A stretch of 64,000 nucleotides of DNA from Gemmatales bacterium (GTDB lineage: Bacteria; Planctomycetota; Planctomycetia; Gemmatales; HRBIN36): assembly GCA_041640595.1 (NCBI GenBank), contig JBEPZY010000001.1:416001-480000 (forward strand). The letters run 5' to 3'. Positions within the stretch are counted from its first letter, which is position 1. Each line of letters opens with the position of its first letter. The notes under the pieces are model-generated. The model ran no database searches. It was not told the DNA's origin and saw only the letters and a program-made list of their open reading frames with translations. Below, piece by piece: positions 59,366-64,000 of the stretch. Position numbers and translations under genes: made by a program.

Positions 59366-60361
59366 GTGCATTGCGATTCCTTGAGCGAATCAGAAAACCG
59401 AGCGTATTTTGCGCCGCTTATGCTCCCGTCAATCTTCAGCATCGCCGGATGGCTGGGATTGCTGTCATCCCTTATTTCCTTGTGGCGAAACTGGCGAAAC
59501 TCAGCATTGCGGTATGTCTTCCTGTGGGCCTTTTTAGCTGCCATTGTGAATGTCACGACCGCCCTGGTCGGAATGTTTGCGTTAGTACCGTTGCCTGGGC
59601 GATATCTGGCGTTACTTTTCGCGTTGACCGTGCCGGTTGCCGTGCTTGGTGCCCGCGAACCGGGGACGACGGCGTGGAATTTCGTGGTCGTCGGCTTTCT
59701 CGCTGTTGGACTTTTGCCAGTTTTGCAACAACCGTGGCACTCAGCAGAATGGCGACTCGATGGGCTTTACTCGACCCTGATGGCCACAATTCTGGTGGGC
59801 GGCTGGCTGAATTATCTGCCGACTCGTTCGGGCATCGCAGCCAGTGCACTGGCCTGGGCACTTGGCTGGCAGCTGGCAGCGCTTTGTGTCATCGAGCCAC
59901 GCCCACAACTGTTAACGCTCGCCGATGGTTGCACCTCAATAGGCGTGCTGTTGGCCGCCCTGATGACACTCCTTCAACTGAGGCTTGCCAGAAAACCTGG
60001 GTCTGCCGACATCGTTCCGTTACCGGACGGGATCGGGAGTCTATCCTTCGACAAACAACCAGACGCAATTCCGGCGGTGCAGCGATTCAACTCCACTTGG
60101 CGTGGCCTGCGCGATGGATGGGGTCTGGTCTGGGCCTGGCGTATCCGTGAACTGGTTGAAAGCTCGGCTCGCCATGCGCAGTTGCCGGGCGAATTTCGCT
60201 GGTCCGGGTTACATCTGGAGCTACCCACCAAAGCTGCGATGATCGGACAGCCAAACGCTGGCCAAGCGACCACGGTAAGCCCGATGAATGCGGACGCCAT
60301 CGCCGAGCAATGGTACCGTCTGTTGCAAGCGGTTGCTCGCCGATTTGCCCCGCCGGTTTAG
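59366..60361 (+). CDS. Hypothetical multi-TM membrane protein
   Basis: About 7 hydrophobic segments; LGAREP, NYLPTR and RDGWGLVW; start may be 59420. Confidence 0.78.
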   Translation: MHCDSLSESENRAYFAPLMLPSIFSIAGWLGLLSSLISLWRNWRNSALRYVFLWAFLAAIVNVTTALVGMFALVPLPGRYLALLFALTVPVAVLGAREPGTTAWNFVVVGFLAVGLLPVLQQPWHSAEWRLDGLYSTLMATILVGGWLNYLPTRSGIAASALAWALGWQLAALCVIEPRPQLLTLADGCTSIGVLLAALMTLLQLRLARKPGSADIVPLPDGIGSLSFDKQPDAIPAVQRFNSTWRGLRDGWGLVWAWRIRELVESSARHAQLPGEFRWSGLHLELPTKAAMIGQPNAGQATTVSPMNADAIAEQWYRLLQAVARRFAPPV

Positions 60362-60467
60362 TCCGCCCAGCGCGAAAGTCAGCGATAGACCAGGTTTTCA
60401 GCCGCAATTAGCTCAGGGGGTCGTGTTTGGTCACCACGTGAAAACAGCGGTTATGTTCGAGCCCAAA

Positions 60468-63359
60468 TCATTTCGGGCGGTATGTAATCCATAACGGGGA
60501 TGCCCAGGCCAGGTTGCCGTCGCTTTGTTCTATGCGGACGTAATAGTAGTGGGTCTTGCCTGGTTCCGCCTGCATATCGGTGTAGTGAAGCCGAAGCTCT
60601 CGCTGGTTGGGTTTGGCGGAATAGACGTAGCGGTTATCGCGGATGATGTGCACCTGGGCGATGTTGGCAGTGCCGTAGGCGTAAATGTCCAGCGTGGGCC
60701 GATCGCTGCTCTCGAAAATGTCCCCCATCAGATGTTCTCCGCTGCGGACGATGAGCAGGATGTTATCGGTAGCGGCGTAGCAGTGGCGCTGCCGGAAGGC
60801 ATCCAGGATACCCTGGCGAGTCTTCTGCTCGACAAAGCAAATACCGTAGCTCATGTGCGTGCTGATGTGGTCGCTGGAGCTCTGGAAGCCCAGGCGATAA
60901 CCCTTTTCGAAAGCGTTCCAGACAAACCCGGCTGGACGGAATCCACCGATCTGCGTCTCGGCAGTCGGGGAACGTGGTGCGCCAGGATGCTCATAATTGT
61001 GCCGATAGCCCTGGTAGATTTCGACGACAGGTTCGGCCCAGGGGTCATTGTCGCGCCAGTCCGTACCCATATCGGTAGCGCTGGTGTGGGAAGCACACAG
61101 CCCGCCAAAATGTTTGAGGTATGCGTAAAGCAATTTGGTATCGGGCGTACCGGTCTCCGGGTCACCGGCCAGGTTGCCCCGAGGCAACGGGCGAATACCG
61201 CGGCGGGGCAGTATCACATTGCGGTGGCCGTTCGGGTAGACACAGCTTCGTTCGTAGGAGTGAACCGAGACAAAATGTGGCGGCAGATAGAACAAGTCGG
61301 TAGTTTTCTGAATCCGCCACCACATGTATTCGTGATGAAAACCGTTGTCGTGGTCACCGTTGCCCATCCAGTCAAGGTGTCCAGCGTCCAGAGCATACCG
61401 CCAGGCATCTTCCAATGACCCATCGCCATCGCGGTGAGCGGAATACTCCGTATGGCGATGGAATTCGCCACGGTAAAGGGATAATGTGCGACCTTGCATC
61501 TGCAGTGTGAACTCGCGCAACTGCTTGACGGCTTCCAACTCGCGTTTATCCTGGTCGGTGAGCTGCGAGCTGGGCTTGTCAGTGTCGGCTACCAGCTGAG
61601 CCGGATGCACACCGCTGCCAGGTTGGAGCAGGCCCGCAAACAAGTCAGCCTGGTCACGATTCAGCGTTCGCAAACGGTTGTCGCCGGCATACACGGTCAA
61701 AACGCCCTCGCTGTAAGGCACCACGGCCGGGCGATTATCCATAAGAAAGGCTGAACCAGCAAGGCGGCGCAGCGGCGACCATCGCTTGCCGTCGAAGCGC
61801 GTGGCATAAGTTTCCCACACCTCGCCCGCACCTCCTGGTAAGGGATGCATGCGGAAAAAGAGCCAAACGCCATCGCTTTTATCCACCGCCAGGCGTGGCA
61901 GGCTACGATTGCGAACCGCCGCGGTCTTGAAAAAGGCTTGCAAGTCCGCTGCTGGTCGCCAGAGTTTGCCCTCGGCCAGACACTTAAGCTCAACTGTGCG
62001 TTGACGGTAAAGCGGGGCTCCAGGATTTCCCGGCAAGGGAATACGCTGGAACTGGTCCGTGGAATAATCCTTGCCCCAGAGTTCATCGCCATGTTCGTAA
62101 GCGATCCAGATTCTGTCGTGTGAATCTACGGCCAACGCAGGCCGCGCCTCAAAAGCCGGTGTGGCCGCCACGTCTATCACCTGCCCGATCCGCTGGCCGG
62201 TTTTGGCATCGAGTATGGCCAGGCGCACATCGTAATTGCCTCGCTCATAGGTATCCCAGGCGATACAAACACGCCCGCGCGAATCAGCGGCGATACTGGG
62301 GCTCCAATCGTTGGCAAGGCTTTCTGAAACATTGATCGGCTGACCACGTGGCTGGCCGTTTTCCAGTACCGTCGCGACGATATCGAACTGACCATCACGC
62401 CAGCTCTGCCAGGCTAACCACACGCGTCCTTCGGAATCAGTAGTCGCCACCACGTCAAAATCGCTTCCGGCAGCCTGGGTGAGTCGTTGAATCGGCGACC
62501 AGGTATTGTCCTTTGGTGAGTAAAAGCGATAGTAAATGTCCCAGTTGGCCTGACGTTGTTCGGCCCAGGCGACGCAGACCTGACCGCGACCATCCACGGC
62601 TACCGTCGGCCGCCGGACATCTACCGGATCCTCGCTTACCGGCATGCCAGGCGACCAGGTTTGCCCATCGAACTTCGCCAGGCGAATGAGGTCGCCGTTT
62701 CCCCTGGGCTCGAGTTCTTCGAAATTGCCCGCGAGAATGCGCTCTAAAACGTATGGGCGACCCGGTAAGTACTCGACGTAAGCCAGCCACACTGTACCAT
62801 CCGGTCCGCGGGCCAGTGCTGGGTAATCGTCTTCGGTCTGGCGACCGGTTAGCCGCACTCCACCTTCCTGCCGCTGCACCGCCACTCGACCATCCAGCAA
62901 CTCCAGGCTTTTTTCTGCGGAAAGGTCGCCTAAACGAAACTGGAACTCGCCCTGTTCGGTTTTAACGCGGATAGTAGCGGTGGCGGGGGCGTCCACTAAG
63001 AGCTGGAGTTGCGGCGATTGTACGCCTTGCTTTTTCATTTTCTTATCAAGAGCACTTCGAGCGATGAAACGATGGCCCTGGACTTTGGCTTGCGCACCTC
63101 CAAAGGCTACTCGCAAGTCAAGCAGTTTTCCTTCGCTCAGCTGGACTTCGCCATCCCAGCGAGTTGGCTCTTTGTCGCGCAGACCGAGCGTGATCTGTAT
63201 TGCCGTCACGCTGGCGGGCATGGCTACGGATGCCGGCTGCGGTCGAGCAGGACGTGCTAACTGGCTTGAGGCGGACGATTGCCACCAGTGCACCATAATT
63301 GCCAGCAAGCACATTCCTCCGGCCACGGCCAGGATCAGCGCGAGCGATCTGCGGTTCAT
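60468..63359 (-). CDS. Exported beta-propeller + PHP-like (DUF3604/CehA-like) metallohydrolase
   Basis: Repeated D..G.VW.AW blades; HRHTEYS, DHD, GHRNV, SH and SSDH; terminal AWASPLW. Confidence 0.8.
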   Translation of the reverse strand: MNRRSLALILAVAGGMCLLAIMVHWWQSSASSQLARPARPQPASVAMPASVTAIQITLGLRDKEPTRWDGEVQLSEGKLLDLRVAFGGAQAKVQGHRFIARSALDKKMKKQGVQSPQLQLLVDAPATATIRVKTEQGEFQFRLGDLSAEKSLELLDGRVAVQRQEGGVRLTGRQTEDDYPALARGPDGTVWLAYVEYLPGRPYVLERILAGNFEELEPRGNGDLIRLAKFDGQTWSPGMPVSEDPVDVRRPTVAVDGRGQVCVAWAEQRQANWDIYYRFYSPKDNTWSPIQRLTQAAGSDFDVVATTDSEGRVWLAWQSWRDGQFDIVATVLENGQPRGQPINVSESLANDWSPSIAADSRGRVCIAWDTYERGNYDVRLAILDAKTGQRIGQVIDVAATPAFEARPALAVDSHDRIWIAYEHGDELWGKDYSTDQFQRIPLPGNPGAPLYRQRTVELKCLAEGKLWRPAADLQAFFKTAAVRNRSLPRLAVDKSDGVWLFFRMHPLPGGAGEVWETYATRFDGKRWSPLRRLAGSAFLMDNRPAVVPYSEGVLTVYAGDNRLRTLNRDQADLFAGLLQPGSGVHPAQLVADTDKPSSQLTDQDKRELEAVKQLREFTLQMQGRTLSLYRGEFHRHTEYSAHRDGDGSLEDAWRYALDAGHLDWMGNGDHDNGFHHEYMWWRIQKTTDLFYLPPHFVSVHSYERSCVYPNGHRNVILPRRGIRPLPRGNLAGDPETGTPDTKLLYAYLKHFGGLCASHTSATDMGTDWRDNDPWAEPVVEIYQGYRHNYEHPGAPRSPTAETQIGGFRPAGFVWNAFEKGYRLGFQSSSDHISTHMSYGICFVEQKTRQGILDAFRQRHCYAATDNILLIVRSGEHLMGDIFESSDRPTLDIYAYGTANIAQVHIIRDNRYVYSAKPNQRELRLHYTDMQAEPGKTHYYYVRIEQSDGNLAWASPLWITYRPK

Positions 63360-63883
63360 GGGGACTCCTCCATTTCGGAAGTGGGCGGGTGAGTAAAAGC
63401 TGCCGGTGCCGTTACCGCTACCCCGAGCGGTGCCTCGCTGATGTGCGTACCAGGAGCAATCGGCGACTTTTCGGGTGGCAAATAGCTAATTCGTGCAATC
63501 AACCACGAGTTTCCCTGCTGGAAGAGATCGTACTGCACGGGATAAATCCAGCCATCGCGGTGCACTTCGTGAACAAGCACCTGAGCCGAGCCAGGCTGCG
63601 TCTGCGTGCGCACGATGAGCCAGCTAATAGTTTGCGCCAACCGCGACTGCTGCTGGGCAACAATCTGATCCTGCTGCGAACGCAGCTCTTGCGAAAGCAG
63701 AGTACGCAGGTTTTGCAAATCGTTCCGCGAAACGGCTTCACGGAAAGCCGACAGACAATCCTGGGGAGTATTCGGCGCCGTAGGGGCAACGTTACCGGGC
63801 TGCCCACGCCAGAGCACCAGCCCCAGTAACAAGCCCGTCACGCCTACCGCCAGCAATAATCTGGCTCGCCGATCCCGAAGCAT
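63356..63883 (-). CDS. Small membrane-anchored NTF2-like hypothetical protein
   Basis: One TM helix, TPQDCL..F, terminal WLI strand; ATGA overlap with the next gene. Confidence 0.7.
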   Translation of the reverse strand: MLRDRRARLLLAVGVTGLLLGLVLWRGQPGNVAPTAPNTPQDCLSAFREAVSRNDLQNLRTLLSQELRSQQDQIVAQQQSRLAQTISWLIVRTQTQPGSAQVLVHEVHRDGWIYPVQYDLFQQGNSWLIARISYLPPEKSPIAPGTHISEAPLGVAVTAPAAFTHPPTSEMEESP

Positions 63884-64000
63884 CGCGCGTTCTCCGTCGC
63901 GGTTAGAGTAGCAACTGGCTCGGCCACCATCCAGGGCATCGTTGTGTAGGGTTGGGCATCTCGGAGGGAGATGAAGGTTATTGATTCGAGCCTTGCTCAG

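Noticed and set aside
60525..61418. 297-aa plus-strand ORF and similar long antisense ORFs (3869-4813, 13082-13792, 33782-34516)
   Set aside because: Shadow frames opposite well-supported genes in GC-rich DNA
1..64000. CRISPR array, cas10 or CD-NTase to partner the CARF protein
   Set aside because: No array of three or more repeats and no cas or cyclase motifs seen in the ORF track

Overview
Bacterial chromosomal window, very probably from Planctomycetota. This is inferred from a DUF1559 prepilin-like protein, a planctomycete cytochrome-c/WD40 protein, a PPC-domain protein, an LEDR-type N-terminal motif and several PQQ-like propellers. Most genes are housekeeping or planctomycete-typical: Ser/Thr kinase, Maf, miaB, FliA/WhiG, inositol-phosphate synthase, PP2C, acyl-CoA ligase, DinG, pncB, tRNA-Ala(CGC) and tRNA-Leu(TAA). 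The standout is a compact minus-strand operon at about 22.0-26.6 kb: atypical ECF-like sigma factor, BECR-like small protein, 388-aa helical/beta protein, Lon-type Ser-Lys protease fused to a C-terminal CARF domain, and a small ORF. It resembles the CalpS/CalpT/CalpL cyclic-oligonucleotide protease-sigma cascade but uses CARF instead of SAVED, and no cas genes, CRISPR array or cyclase are in the window. Other notable items: a c-di-AMP riboswitch followed by a small uORF and a KimA-like transporter-USP fusion; a radical SAM/GT-B fusion with triple N-terminal repeats; a yrk-like sulfur-relay cluster; a shared sigma28-like promoter motif; a possible 6S-like RNA; and two short direct-repeat pairs. 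All family calls come from motif recognition by eye, not database searches.
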